64,000 bases of DNA from Prevotellaceae bacterium (GCA_015257125.1 JABZKU010000009.1:10473-74472); one strand, 5' to 3'; counted from the stretch's first letter, positions 1 through 10,319 are shown. Translations and numbers: made by a program. The notes: a model not told the origin generated them from the sequence alone.

Positions 1-1113
1 TCCGGCATTGGTTCGGGCAACAATCCGGCATTGGCACGTGACGAAGCCATCGCTTCCACCGACAAAATCATCAGGGCACTCGCCGGAGAAACGATGATTT
101 TGTTCCTATTGGCCAGTTTCGGCGGAGGTGTCGGCACCGGTTGCACACCGGTCATCGCACGCATCGCACGAAGTCTCGGCATTACCACAACAGCGGTCGT
201 CACCACGCCATTTCTCTTCGAGGGCATCGAACACATCGACCGCGCGCTCGACGGTATTCAGGTTTTGGTCGAAGAAGTCGACAGTCTTTTGGTGATCAAC
301 AATGAGAAACTCCTCATTACCCACCCCGAACTCACGCTGCAGACCGCCTTTGCCAAATCCGATCTCGCACAAGCTGAACCTGTCGCCTCACTTTCGTCTA
401 TCACGGTCAACACCACCGCACCCGTAACCATCGGCCTTCGCCAAATGCGCGATTTTCTCGGGCGGGGCGGCGTAAGTTTTCATTCGGTCGGCTATGCACG
501 CGGCCCCGGACGCTTGACCCGTGCCATAGAAGACGCCCTGCGCTCCCCGCTCGTGGCCGACTATGACATCTATCGCGCCAAGTGCGTTGTCCTCTTTATC
601 CAATACAGCGAGCAATCCGTCGCCGGCAACGGCGAACCTCAAGAAGGACTCAAAATGGACGAACTTTCGGAAGTGAATCGCTTCTACGACTCGTTCTCCA
701 ATGAGATCGATTTCTACTGGGGATTGGCGCCCGACGAGACGTTAGGCGAATATGTCAGTGCCACGATCTTTGCCGGCGGTTTCAGTCTCGAGGACATCAG
801 CGGCATGCGCGACCATATTGATGCCACCACCACGGCTCGCGACCTCGTTCGCGCCAGAGAAGAAGCCATTCGCGAGCGAAGAAGGGCAGAATTCTACGGT
901 CTCAGCGACCCTTCCCCCCTGCCCTATCGTCGCCACGCCGTCTACATCTTCCAACCCGACGACCTCGACAACCCGGAAGTCATTCGCATGGTCGAATCTT
1001 CCCCCACCGGTCGTCGTTCTCCTGAGCTACACGCGCAAATCGTGCGCCGATCGCTCATCCCCCCTCCCCAATCATCCACCTCCGATTCGGAACAACCTCA
1101 CCAACATGTCTGA
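1..1113 (+). CDS. FtsZ-family (tubulin-like GTPase) paralog, 5' end truncated by the window
   Basis: Frame 1 is open from nt 1. The translation carries the FtsZ signature GGGVGTGCTPVIARIA (compare GGGTGTGAAPVIA in the downstream ftsZ) and the PFLFEG motif, and has a Pro-rich C-terminal tail. The stop overlaps the ftsZ start (ATGTCTGA). The T7-loop NxDFxD motif seems to be absent (TIGLRQMRDF in its place). Confidence 0.6.
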   Translation, partial: SGIGSGNNPALARDEAIASTDKIIRALAGETMILFLLASFGGGVGTGCTPVIARIARSLGITTTAVVTTPFLFEGIEHIDRALDGIQVLVEEVDSLLVINNEKLLITHPELTLQTAFAKSDLAQAEPVASLSSITVNTTAPVTIGLRQMRDFLGRGGVSFHSVGYARGPGRLTRAIEDALRSPLVADYDIYRAKCVVLFIQYSEQSVAGNGEPQEGLKMDELSEVNRFYDSFSNEIDFYWGLAPDETLGEYVSATIFAGGFSLEDISGMRDHIDATTTARDLVRAREEAIRERRRAEFYGLSDPSPLPYRRHAVYIFQPDDLDNPEVIRMVESSPTGRRSPELHAQIVRRSLIPPPQSSTSDSEQPHQHV

Positions 1114-2437
1114 TAACGCCTCCCATCCCAACGAAAAGAAACACTTCGAGCCCCTTGTGGAAATCACTCCCACCAAGAAACCTGAAGCCCCCGTAGCCAT
1201 CATCAAAGTCATCGGTGTCGGTGGCGGCGGCGGAAACGCCGTTAGCAACATGTATCGCGAGAATGTCGAAGGCGTTCGCTTCCTCGTCTGCAACACCGAC
1301 GCCAAAGCCCTTGCAGACTCTGCCGTCCCCAATCACGTACAACTCGGCCCCGGTCTCGGCGCCGGCGGACGCCCCGAACGCGGTCGCGCCTTGGCAGAGG
1401 AAAATGTCGAATCCATTCGCGAAGCCCTCGAAGACGACCTCAACATGGTGTTCATCACCGCAGGTATGGGTGGGGGTACCGGAACCGGTGCCGCCCCTGT
1501 CATTGCACGAGAGGCCATGGCCAAGGGCATTCTCACCGTCGGCATTGTCACCATCCCCTTCCTTTTCGAGCAAAAGCTGCAAGTCAACAAAGCACTCGAC
1601 GGCGTTGAGTGCATCAGTAAGGAGGTGGATGCCCTACTCATCGTCAACAACCAGCGTCTTTTCGACATCTATCGCGACCTCACTGTGAAAGATGCCTTCA
1701 AAAAGGCCGACGACACCCTCACCGACGCCGTGCGTTCCATCGTTGAGATCATCAATATGGGCGGAAGCGGCAGTGTAAATCTCGACTTCAGCGATGTCGA
1801 CACCTGCTTGCGCAAAGGTGGAGTGGCCGTCATGTCCACTGGTGTAGCCACCGGCGAAAACCGTCTGCGCAAAGCCATCGATGCCGCACTCGAATCGCCG
1901 CTGCTCAACGATCGCGACATCCAAGATTCCAAGTCGCTTCGCCTCGCCGTCTTCAGCCCCGAAGATCCGGTTCACACGTTGAAGATCGATGAAATGGATC
2001 ACATCGACAAGTTCATGAAGGACATCAACGCCAATGTCGATTTCAAATACGGCTTGGCCACCGATCCCACCCTCACCGACGACCAAGTACGCGTCATTGT
2101 CCTCGCCTCCGGCTTCCGCAATGTCACCGCCCACCTCACCGAAGAGGACAATCATCCCCTCACCGAAGAGGAAACCGAACGCATCAACGCCGAAAATGAG
2201 CGTATCAGCAACTACTACGGATGCGAAAAGGGCGAACGCACGCGCTACACCCGCTACTATGTCCTCAAACCCGAAGACCTCGACAACGAAGTGCTCATTT
2301 CCGACATCGAGAACATTCCCACCATTCGCCGCACCGATGGCGATTTGCGCCGCATCCGCCAAAACAGCAACAGCGCTGAGCCGGTGGTAGCCCCCACCCC
2401 CGCAGAGGAAGCCCCCCAAACTGAGCCCAACGAATAA
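1106..2437 (+). CDS. ftsZ: cell division protein FtsZ
   Basis: GVGGGGGNAV N-terminal P-loop, GGGTGTGAAPVIA, NLDFSDV T7 loop, and a C-terminal IPTIRR peptide. About 443 aa counted from the internal ATG at 1106; the ORF-track start at 752 would add an implausible Pro/Ser-rich leader. Confidence 0.85.
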   Translation: MSDNASHPNEKKHFEPLVEITPTKKPEAPVAIIKVIGVGGGGGNAVSNMYRENVEGVRFLVCNTDAKALADSAVPNHVQLGPGLGAGGRPERGRALAEENVESIREALEDDLNMVFITAGMGGGTGTGAAPVIAREAMAKGILTVGIVTIPFLFEQKLQVNKALDGVECISKEVDALLIVNNQRLFDIYRDLTVKDAFKKADDTLTDAVRSIVEIINMGGSGSVNLDFSDVDTCLRKGGVAVMSTGVATGENRLRKAIDAALESPLLNDRDIQDSKSLRLAVFSPEDPVHTLKIDEMDHIDKFMKDINANVDFKYGLATDPTLTDDQVRVIVLASGFRNVTAHLTEEDNHPLTEEETERINAENERISNYYGCEKGERTRYTRYYVLKPEDLDNEVLISDIENIPTIRRTDGDLRRIRQNSNSAEPVVAPTPAEEAPQTEPNE

Positions 2438-2552
2438 TACAGACCGTTCGCACGGCCGCAAGAAATGGGTTGCCCCGACCGCTTTTTGCCCAAAGGCAGC
2501 GCCTGACGTGGCAACTCCCCGCAAGCACTGCGAACTTCACACCCCTACCACT

Positions 2553-2999
2553 ATGCTTTTCGACCAGATCAGCACCGACATCATGTCGGCCATGAAAGCG
2601 CACGACAAGGTGCGCACACAAGCCCTCCGCAACGTCAAGAAATACTTCATCGAAGCAAAGACCGCTCCCGGCAGCAACGGTGAACTCACCGACGAAGCCG
2701 CAATGAAGATCCTCGCCAAACTCGCCAAGCAGGGACGCGACACCGCCGCCCTCTATACTGAGCAGAATCGCCCCGACCTCGCGGAGAGCGAACTCGCCGA
2801 AGTGGCCGTGATCGAGATCTACTTGCCCAAAGCCCTCACCGACGAGGAACTCACCGCCGCCCTCCGCGACATCATTGCCGAAGTTGGCGCCGCTTCGCCC
2901 AAAGACATGGGCAAAGTTATGGGCGTGGCTTCCAAACGCCTCGCCGGACGTGCCGACGGCCGCGCCATCAGCGAAAAGGTTAAGGCGCTCTTGGCCTAA
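2553..2999 (+). CDS. yqeY: GatB/YqeY domain protein
   Basis: MLFDQISTDIMSAMKAHDKVRTQALRNVK... matches the typical YqeY N-terminus. About 148 aa, immediately downstream of ftsZ as in other Bacteroidota. Confidence 0.75.
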   Translation: MLFDQISTDIMSAMKAHDKVRTQALRNVKKYFIEAKTAPGSNGELTDEAAMKILAKLAKQGRDTAALYTEQNRPDLAESELAEVAVIEIYLPKALTDEELTAALRDIIAEVGAASPKDMGKVMGVASKRLAGRADGRAISEKVKALLA

Positions 3000-3057
3000 A
3001 CCACCGCAAAAGCAGAAAGCGGCGACAGCAATTCGCCCCACTTTCCCCATTCACACA

Positions 3058-3098
3058 CGGGATTTGTCTTCAATCGCGAAGACAAATCCCGTTTTTTC
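3058..3098 (+). terminator. intrinsic terminator after yqeY
   Basis: Perfect 13-bp stem cgggatttgtcttc / gaagacaaatcccg with loop aatcgc, followed by TTTTTT. Confidence 0.6.
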
Positions 3099-3487
3099 GT
3101 ACCCATCTGCCGGCTATTCGAAACGCCTCGGGCACCCCGTTTTCGAAACACCACGACTTTCGCCAAAAAGTTCACAACTTCCGCGCGAAACTCCCCTTGT
3201 TTTGCCCGAAAGAGCACAAGAAAATCTGCAAACCACTGATTTTCTCTGTTTTTTTGGCAAAATCAACATAGAAGAAACGGCCGCCTCCAAAAAATATGCG
3301 TATCTTAGCCTATCGATCTGTTTCGTGCGACAAATCGCGCGTCACCGGGTTGCGCAGCCCCTTGCTCGACTGCGGGAACGCGCCCGCCGATACGGCACAC
3401 AGCGCCGCACATTGTGCCCGCTGTTTCCGCGCCCACTCACGAAAAGCCGCAACCCCGATCGACAAACACGCCAAGCCCCTCGCAATT

Positions 3488-5206
3488 ATGACCTACCAGT
3501 GGAACTACGTCCCCGCCCCTCCCGGCGAAGAAGCCGAAGGCCGAAGACTCTCCGAAGAATTGGGCATGCACCCCGTCTTCGGGCGCATGCTCCGCGAGCG
3601 TTGTATCTACACAGCCGCCGCCGCACGCCGATTCTTCCGCCCGCAACTCACCGACCTGCACGACCCGTTCCTCATGAACGATATGCAGGTGGCGGTCGAA
3701 CGCCTCAACCTCGCCATCGCCCGCAAGGAGCGCATCATGGTCTACGGCGACTATGACGTCGACGGCGTCACCTCCGTGGCACTGGTCTATCGATTCATCA
3801 GTCGCTATTACAGCAACATCGACTACTACATCCCCGACCGCTACGAAGAAGGGTACGGGGTGTCGAAACGCGGTATCGACTATGCCGCCGAAACCGGTGT
3901 GCGCCTCATCATCGTCTTGGACTGTGGCATCAAGGCCGTCGAAGAAATCACCTATGCCAAGGAGTGTGGCATCGATTTCATCATTTGCGACCACCACGTT
4001 CCCGACGAGGTCTTGCCCCCGGCTGTGGCCATTCTCAATCCCAAGCGTCGCGACAATCACTACCCCTACACGCATCTCTCGGGCTGCGGCGTGGGTTTCA
4101 AATTCATGCAGGCCTTTGCCGCTGACAATGGCATTGAGTTCAACCGCTTGCACGAGTTGCTCGACCTCTGTGCCGTGTCGATTGCATCGGACATCGTGCC
4201 CGTCACGGGCGAAAATCGCATCCTCGCCTACCACGGGCTGCGGCGCCTCAACTCCAACCCCTCCATCGGTTTGCAAGCCATCGTGGAGGTGTGCGGACTG
4301 GCCGACCGCGAACTGACGATGAACGACATCATTTTCCGCATCGGCCCCCGCATCAATGCCTCCGGACGCATGCAAAACGGCAAAGAAGCCGTCCAACTGC
4401 TGGTCGAAAACGACTACTCCACCGCCCTCAATCAGGCTTCGCACATCAATCTCTACAACGAGGCGCGCAAAGATCTCGACCGCAAGATGACCGAGCAAGC
4501 CACCGAACAGGTCAGCGCCATGAAGGGTCTCGAAGAGCGCCGCGGCATTGTCATCTACAACGAGGAGTGGCACAAAGGCATCATCGGCATTGTGGCCTCG
4601 CGCGTCACCGAACAATACTATCGCCCCGCCGTGGTCTTGACCCGATCGGGCGACATGGCCACCGGTTCTGCGCGCTCCGTCACCGGCTTCGACGTCTACA
4701 AAGCGGTGCAAAGCTGCGCCGACCTGCTCGAAAACTTCGGCGGACACACCTATGCCGCCGGACTCACGCTGCGAGTGGAGAACGTGCCGGAATTTTCGCG
4801 ACGTTTCGAAGCCTACGTGGCCGAACACATTCTCGACGAACAGACACAACCCTCGCTCGACATCACCGCTGTGCTCGACTTCAACGAGGTCGATTTCGAA
4901 TTCTACAAGCAGTTGCGCAAATTTGCCCCCTTCGGGCCCGGCAACGAGCGCCCACTCTTCTGCACGCCCCGCGTCTATGACTATGGCACCTCGAAGGTGG
5001 TGGGACTCGGACAGAAGCACATTCGCCTCGAATTGGTCGACAACAAATCGAACGCCGTGATGAACGGCATCGCCTTCGGCCAAAGTTCGCAGGCACGCTA
5101 CATCAAAACGCGCCGCGCCTTCGGCATCTGCTACGCGGTGGAGGAAAACTCCCACAAACGCGGCGAGGTGCAGTTGCAAATCGAAGACATTCGTCCCTGT
5201 GAGTAA
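3488..5206 (+). CDS. recJ: single-stranded-DNA-specific exonuclease RecJ
   Basis: DHH motifs (MVYGDYDVDGVTS, ICDHH), a DHHA1 region and a C-terminal OB-like region. The ATG at 3488 gives ~572 aa; the ORF-track start at 3296 is an unlikely leader. Confidence 0.85.
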   Translation: MTYQWNYVPAPPGEEAEGRRLSEELGMHPVFGRMLRERCIYTAAAARRFFRPQLTDLHDPFLMNDMQVAVERLNLAIARKERIMVYGDYDVDGVTSVALVYRFISRYYSNIDYYIPDRYEEGYGVSKRGIDYAAETGVRLIIVLDCGIKAVEEITYAKECGIDFIICDHHVPDEVLPPAVAILNPKRRDNHYPYTHLSGCGVGFKFMQAFAADNGIEFNRLHELLDLCAVSIASDIVPVTGENRILAYHGLRRLNSNPSIGLQAIVEVCGLADRELTMNDIIFRIGPRINASGRMQNGKEAVQLLVENDYSTALNQASHINLYNEARKDLDRKMTEQATEQVSAMKGLEERRGIVIYNEEWHKGIIGIVASRVTEQYYRPAVVLTRSGDMATGSARSVTGFDVYKAVQSCADLLENFGGHTYAAGLTLRVENVPEFSRRFEAYVAEHILDEQTQPSLDITAVLDFNEVDFEFYKQLRKFAPFGPGNERPLFCTPRVYDYGTSKVVGLGQKHIRLELVDNKSNAVMNGIAFGQSSQARYIKTRRAFGICYAVEENSHKRGEVQLQIEDIRPCE

Positions 5207-7277
5207 GACGATCGACCACTACACCCCACCTCCCGGCCAACCCGACGCGACCGACCAAGCCTTGCAGGACATTTGGGGCGAACCTATCTCGCCGGAGGGG
5301 GAGTTTCTCCCCGACACGGCGACATTACCCGCCACGCAACTCGCCACAGAGACGCCGGTCGATCGCAACGATCCGCGCGCGGTGTTGCAAGCCGGCTGGG
5401 GCTACGCCGATTTTCGCGGCATCCAACGCGAAATTATCGACAGTCTGCTCGCCGGCCACGACACCCTCGGCCTCATGCCCACCGGCGGCGGCAAAAGCAT
5501 CACCTTCCAAGTGCCGGCACTCATGATGGAGGGCACCTGCTTGGTGATCACACCGCTCATTGCGCTGATGAAAGACCAGGTGGAGAACCTCCGCCGGCGA
5601 AAAATCCGTGCCACGGCCATCCACTCAGGACTTTCGCGCGAAGAAATCAACCGCGAGCTCGACAATGTCATCCTCGGCGAATACAAATTTCTCTACCTTT
5701 CGCCCGAACGCATCCACACCGAGCTCTTCCGCTTCAAACTCGCTTACATGAAAGTGAGTTTCATCGCGGTAGACGAGGCACATTGCATCTCGCAATGGGG
5801 CTACGACTTCCGCCCCTCCTACTTGCAGGTGCACGAAATCCGCCACCTCCTGCCCACCGTGCCCATCTTGGCGCTCACCGCAACGGCCACGACCACCGTG
5901 GTCGACGACATTCAGGCGCAACTGGGCTTCCGCGAGCGGCGCGTCTTCCGCATGAGTTTCGAACGCGCCAACCTCACTTATCTCGTGCGGCAGTCCGAAG
6001 ACAAACTCGGCGACCTGATCGCCCTACTCCACCAAAGCGAAGGATCGGCCATCGTCTATACCCGCTCACGCGGCGGAACACGCGACACTGCCCTCGCCTT
6101 GCAGAGCGCAGGCATCCCCGCGCTCTACTACCATGCGGGACTGCCGACAGAAGACAAGAACGCGCGCCAAGAAGCGTGGCAAAACGACCGCACCCGCGTG
6201 ATGGTGGCGACCAATGCTTTCGGCATGGGCATCGACAAACCCGATGTGCGACTCGTGGTGCACCTCGATCCGCCCGATTCCTTGGAAGCCTATTTCCAAG
6301 AAGCCGGACGAGCCGGACGCGACGGCGCACCGGCCGAAGCCATCCTCCTGACCCATCCGCGAGATGTGCGACTCCTCTCCCAACGCATCGCACAAACCTT
6401 TCCGCCGAAGGAGAAAATTCGAGAAGTCTACGACGATGTGGCCTACTACCTCCAAATTCCGGAGGGCGAAGGTGAGGAGCATTCTTTCGAATTTGACCTC
6501 GAAGAGTTCTGTCGCCGCTTCCGCTATTTCCCCCTCACCGTGGTCAGCGCGTTTGCCATCCTCGAACGAGCGGGTTATCTCCTCTATACCGACAAACACG
6601 AGCGCCGCTCGCGCCTGATGATGATTGTCAAGCGCGAAGAACTCTATCGCGTGCACAATCGTGTGGCCGAAGGCGACAAAGTGCTCACTGCGCTCTTTCG
6701 CACCTACACCGGGCTGTTTGCCGACTACGTTTTTATCGAAGAAAAAGCCCTCGCCGCCGCGTGCGGCCTCAGCGAAGAGGTGCTCTACGAGAAACTGATG
6801 GCACTGAACCGCGCGCGTTTGTTGCACTACATCCCGCACAAGAGCGTGTCGACGTTGCGTTATCTCACGCGGCGCACGGCGGGCGAACGTTTGTCCATCG
6901 GTGCGGACGCTTACGAGACGCGTCTCGACCAATACACGCGCCGCATCGAAGGCGTCGTGCGCTACTGCACCGACCGAGACACTTGTCGCAGCCGAATGTT
7001 GCTCGAGTATTTCGACGATCCCGCCGCCCACGATTGCGGACGCTGCGACGTCTGTCGGCCGACGCCCGAAGCTTGCACGCCCGATGCCCAACTGGAAGCG
7101 AATTTGTTTCAACTCTTGGCTGACGGTCGTCCGCACACGGTCGCCGAATGGCACGTTGCGCAACTCGATGCCGAACGTGCCGGCCAACTGCTGCAACAAT
7201 TGCTCGACGAGGGACGCATTCTTTTCGACGGGGCACAACTCACGTTGCCCACTGCGCCGACTTCGCCCGAAAAATAA
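5199..7277 (+). CDS. recQ: ATP-dependent DNA helicase RecQ
   Basis: Helicase motifs MPTGGGKS, DEAHCISQWGYDFRPSY, a zinc-binding region with a Cys cluster (CGRCDVC) and an HRDC-like tail. It overlaps the recJ stop by 8 nt. Confidence 0.85.
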   Translation: MSKTIDHYTPPPGQPDATDQALQDIWGEPISPEGEFLPDTATLPATQLATETPVDRNDPRAVLQAGWGYADFRGIQREIIDSLLAGHDTLGLMPTGGGKSITFQVPALMMEGTCLVITPLIALMKDQVENLRRRKIRATAIHSGLSREEINRELDNVILGEYKFLYLSPERIHTELFRFKLAYMKVSFIAVDEAHCISQWGYDFRPSYLQVHEIRHLLPTVPILALTATATTTVVDDIQAQLGFRERRVFRMSFERANLTYLVRQSEDKLGDLIALLHQSEGSAIVYTRSRGGTRDTALALQSAGIPALYYHAGLPTEDKNARQEAWQNDRTRVMVATNAFGMGIDKPDVRLVVHLDPPDSLEAYFQEAGRAGRDGAPAEAILLTHPRDVRLLSQRIAQTFPPKEKIREVYDDVAYYLQIPEGEGEEHSFEFDLEEFCRRFRYFPLTVVSAFAILERAGYLLYTDKHERRSRLMMIVKREELYRVHNRVAEGDKVLTALFRTYTGLFADYVFIEEKALAAACGLSEEVLYEKLMALNRARLLHYIPHKSVSTLRYLTRRTAGERLSIGADAYETRLDQYTRRIEGVVRYCTDRDTCRSRMLLEYFDDPAAHDCGRCDVCRPTPEACTPDAQLEANLFQLLADGRPHTVAEWHVAQLDAERAGQLLQQLLDEGRILFDGAQLTLPTAPTSPEK

Positions 7278-7362
7278 GCCCCCGCGCACACGCACCCAGC
7301 TTGTTTCAGCCGCGGGGCGACCGCTTTCCTTTTTTTCCTCCTCAACCAACTGATTTCACACC

Positions 7363-8595
7363 GTGGTACTCAATTATATTTGGATTGCTTTTTTTCTCAT
7401 CGCCTTCGTCATTGCCGCCTTTCGCCTCTTGTTTATGGGCGATTTCGACGTCTTTCCGGCCATTATGAACTCGACTTTCGAAACGGCGAAGACGGCTTTT
7501 GAAATTTCGCTCGGACTCACCGGCGTATTGTCGCTTTGGATGGGCGTGATGAAGATCGGCGAACGCGGTGGAGTCATTCAGTTTGTGGCGCGACTCCTCG
7601 GCCCGGTGTTCAAACGCCTCTTCCCCGAGATTCCGGAAGGCCATCCTGTGGTGGGAAACATCTTCATGAATATCTCAGCCAACATGCTAGGGCTCGACAA
7701 CGCCGCCACACCGCTCGGCCTCAAGGCGATGGAGGGACTACAGGAGTTGAATCCACAGAAAGAGCGTGCGAGCAACGCGATGATCATGTTCTTGGTGCTC
7801 AACACCAGCGGACTCACGCTCATTCCGGTGTCGATCATGGTCTACCGTGCCCAACAAGGCGCGGCCAACCCCACCGATGTGTTCATTCCCATCCTGTTGG
7901 CCACTTTCTTTTCGACGCTGGCCGGCGTGATGGTCACGGCACTTTTTCAGCGCATCAACCTCCTGAACCGCACTTTGCTGCTCACACTCGGCGGTGCTTC
8001 GCTGACGGTGGCCGGCATCATTTGGGGTTTCGCCTCGCTCGACGCCGAAATGATGAACCGCGTAGGCACAACGAGCGCCAACGTCCTCTTGTTCACGCTC
8101 ATCACCGCCTTCATCCTCGCAGGACTTCGCCAAAAGATCAACGTCTACGATGCCTTTGTCGAAGGAGCCAAGGCGGGTTTCGAAACAGCGGTGCGCATCA
8201 TCCCCTATCTTGTGGCGATGCTCGTGGCCATCGGGGTGTTTCGCGCCAGCGGCGCGATGGATGCGCTCATCGACGGCGTGTCATGGGCAGTTCAACGCTG
8301 CGGCTTCGACGCACAGTGGGTGGGTGCGCTGCCCACCGCCTTGATGAAACCACTGTCGGGCTCCGGCGCACGCGGAATGATGGTCGACGCGATGACCACC
8401 CACGGGGCGGATTCGTTTGTGGGGCGCTTGTCGTGCATTTTCCAAGGCAGCACCGACACCACGTTCTACATTCTCGCCGTTTACTTCGGCAGTGTGGGCG
8501 TCCGCCACACGCGTCACGCCGTGGCCGCCGGCCTGCTCGCCGATCTGGCCGGCATTGTGGCTGCCATCGCCATTTGCTATCTCTTCTTCGGCTAA
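7363..8595 (+). CDS. nucleoside-recognition (Gate) domain membrane protein, SpmA/SpmB-like fusion
   Basis: Polytopic membrane protein MVLNYIWIAFFLIAF... with two Gate/nucleoside transporter-like halves. GTG start. Confidence 0.6.
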   Translation: MVLNYIWIAFFLIAFVIAAFRLLFMGDFDVFPAIMNSTFETAKTAFEISLGLTGVLSLWMGVMKIGERGGVIQFVARLLGPVFKRLFPEIPEGHPVVGNIFMNISANMLGLDNAATPLGLKAMEGLQELNPQKERASNAMIMFLVLNTSGLTLIPVSIMVYRAQQGAANPTDVFIPILLATFFSTLAGVMVTALFQRINLLNRTLLLTLGGASLTVAGIIWGFASLDAEMMNRVGTTSANVLLFTLITAFILAGLRQKINVYDAFVEGAKAGFETAVRIIPYLVAMLVAIGVFRASGAMDALIDGVSWAVQRCGFDAQWVGALPTALMKPLSGSGARGMMVDAMTTHGADSFVGRLSCIFQGSTDTTFYILAVYFGSVGVRHTRHAVAAGLLADLAGIVAAIAICYLFFG

Positions 8596-9744
8596 GTTCC
8601 GCGCATGGGCGACACGCCTTTCAGCAATTTGCACTTAGAGAAAAAGCCGCCCCTTGTTCCGCAGTCGAAATTAGACAACGACAGACGAACTGTTGGCCAC
8701 ACAGCATAGAAATAAGCCATTATTGGTTCATCCCACATTTGGAGTGAGGCGTCAACTACCGGAAGCCCTTTCTCGAAAGTGCACCGGCCTCCCACTTCAT
8801 CCCCCCAACGCGCACGCGTAGCGCGCGCGTCCGCTGTTTTTCGTTTTTTGCCTTCACCTCTTCACCATACGACGGTAAGAAGCTCGAAAACAGCGACTTG
8901 CGTGTGAAGACTTCACCCCTTTCTCCTTCACCGGTGAAGGCAAAAAAAGGGCTTTTCCTTCACACACAACGCGCACTGTATCAACAACTTGCGGATAAAG
9001 GTGAAGGGTGAAGGCAAGAATTTCGAACTCCCTGAGTGCGCGATGCGCAGGGGCGTGTCCGTTCGCGCGTACGGAGGTGCGGATGAGGAAAACATGGGTG
9101 ACACCGTGAGCGAAGGGACGGGTGTCTTTTCAAAAAAAGCGGAGAGGAAGCAGAGAAAAGAAGAGGCGTTTCGTAAGAAAGTCCACAAGTTTTTATTCAA
9201 TCTCTCCCTTTTCTCAAAAATCGAAATATTTTTCTCGCAAAATCTTCGACAATTCGAAACTAAATCCTTACTTTTGCGCTTGACAAAACACAACTTCCCT
9301 TCATTCCGCCGCACTGCGGCGTCCATATAGCGCAAAGTCGAGGTACTGTCCCGACCATCCGGCGCAAACGCTCTTTGACCTACTGAACCGGCGCGACTTC
9401 GCCATATCCCTACCTATCTGAACAGGCGAAAAGCGCTACGCTCCGGCGCGGGATGCGTCTTCACGCGACCGCGACGAGCTATAATCGAAGCGCTCCAAAC
9501 CACCATCCACACAAGGTACAAGCCACTATAACACAACGACTTGCACACCCTACCGGACTGCAAGTAAAACCGTTTCCCTATCCACCGAGCACGTCTTGAC
9601 AGACTTCCCCGTTGACCCCAATCGCCGTGAGCGAAGAAGATCATCGGATAGGACTTCGACGCGGAATGATGGCCGCATCACTCCCAATGTCTGATGAACT
9701 TTACATTATACCTCTGCACTTTCATTTCATAATCCCCATACCTC

Positions 9745-10122
9745 ATGAAAAAAGCCCTCTCCACCACGCAGGCACCTGCCGCCATCGGTCCTTACTCACA
9801 GGCCATTGAAGTGAACGGCACCGTCTATGTCAGCGGACAACTGCCGGTCGATCCCGCCACCGGCGAGTTTGTGCCCGGCGGTATCCAAGAACTCACGCAC
9901 CGTTCGCTCACGAATCTCACCCATGTGCTGACCGAAGCCGGTTTGACGCTCGACAATGTGGTGAAAACCACCGTATTCTTGGCCGACATCGAAGACTTTG
10001 CCGCCATGAACGAGGTCTATGCTTCGTTCTTCAAAGCGCCTTTCCCCACTCGCTCCGCGATGGCGGTGAAAACGCTCCCGAAAGGTGCGCGCGTTGAGAT
10101 AGAATGCATCGCCGTGCGCTGA
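9745..10122 (+). CDS. ridA: RidA family (YjgF/TdcF) reactive-intermediate deaminase
   Basis: MKKALSTTQAPAAIGPYSQAIEVNGTVYVSGQLP... is a classic RidA sequence. 125 aa. Confidence 0.85.
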   Translation: MKKALSTTQAPAAIGPYSQAIEVNGTVYVSGQLPVDPATGEFVPGGIQELTHRSLTNLTHVLTEAGLTLDNVVKTTVFLADIEDFAAMNEVYASFFKAPFPTRSAMAVKTLPKGARVEIECIAVR

Positions 10123-10194
10123 TAGCATTACCTCCTTGCGCACAGCTATCACGTAGACATGGCGCCATGCGACACGACTTGCGCAGTGCAACAC

Positions 10195-10245
10195 AAAAAA
10201 TCCCCGTTACCGATTCAACAAGAATCAGCAACGGGGATTTTTCTA
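10195..10245. terminator. bidirectional intrinsic terminator between convergent ridA and gdhA
   Basis: aaaaaatccccgtt ... aacggggattttt, a 12-13 bp stem flanked by A-run and T-run on opposite sides. It lies 73 nt after the ridA stop and 75 nt after the gdhA stop. Confidence 0.55.
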
Positions 10246-10319
10246 TGGGATAGCGAGGCGAGCGAGGGCACGTCGCAAACGAAGGCCGCGCCGCCTCGAA
10301 AGCGCAAGCGAGCCGTGCG

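Noticed and set aside
3437-5179. 580-aa minus-strand ORF antisense to recJ. Similar long antisense ORFs: 1634..2524, 6066..7349, 10332..11669, 11898..12941, 31300..33327, 33502..34848, 35167..36315, 42588..45260 (890 aa), 47707..50871, 54245..55393, 58674..60683, 61744..62745.
   Set aside because: Each lies opposite a well-supported conserved gene and is low-complexity (Gly/Ala/Arg/Val-rich). Long antisense ORFs of this kind are a typical artefact of high-GC DNA.
7536-8747. 403-aa same-strand alternate-frame ORF over the nucleoside transporter gene, and similar alternate frames of recJ/recQ (4291..4980, 5273..6475).
   Set aside because: Arg/His/Pro-rich, with the low-complexity composition typical of an off-frame reading of GC-rich coding DNA. 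The in-frame proteins have clear homology.
9300-9740. Possible structured ncRNA (RNase P RNA, tmRNA, SRP, 6S) in the ORF-free stretch upstream of ridA.
   Set aside because: None of the conserved hallmark sequences (tmRNA tag frame or tRNA-like ends, the RNase P GGAAAGUCCGG-type core, the SRP AGGUCCGGAAGGAAGCAGC-type core) could be found by eye. Left as a finding to check rather than a feature.
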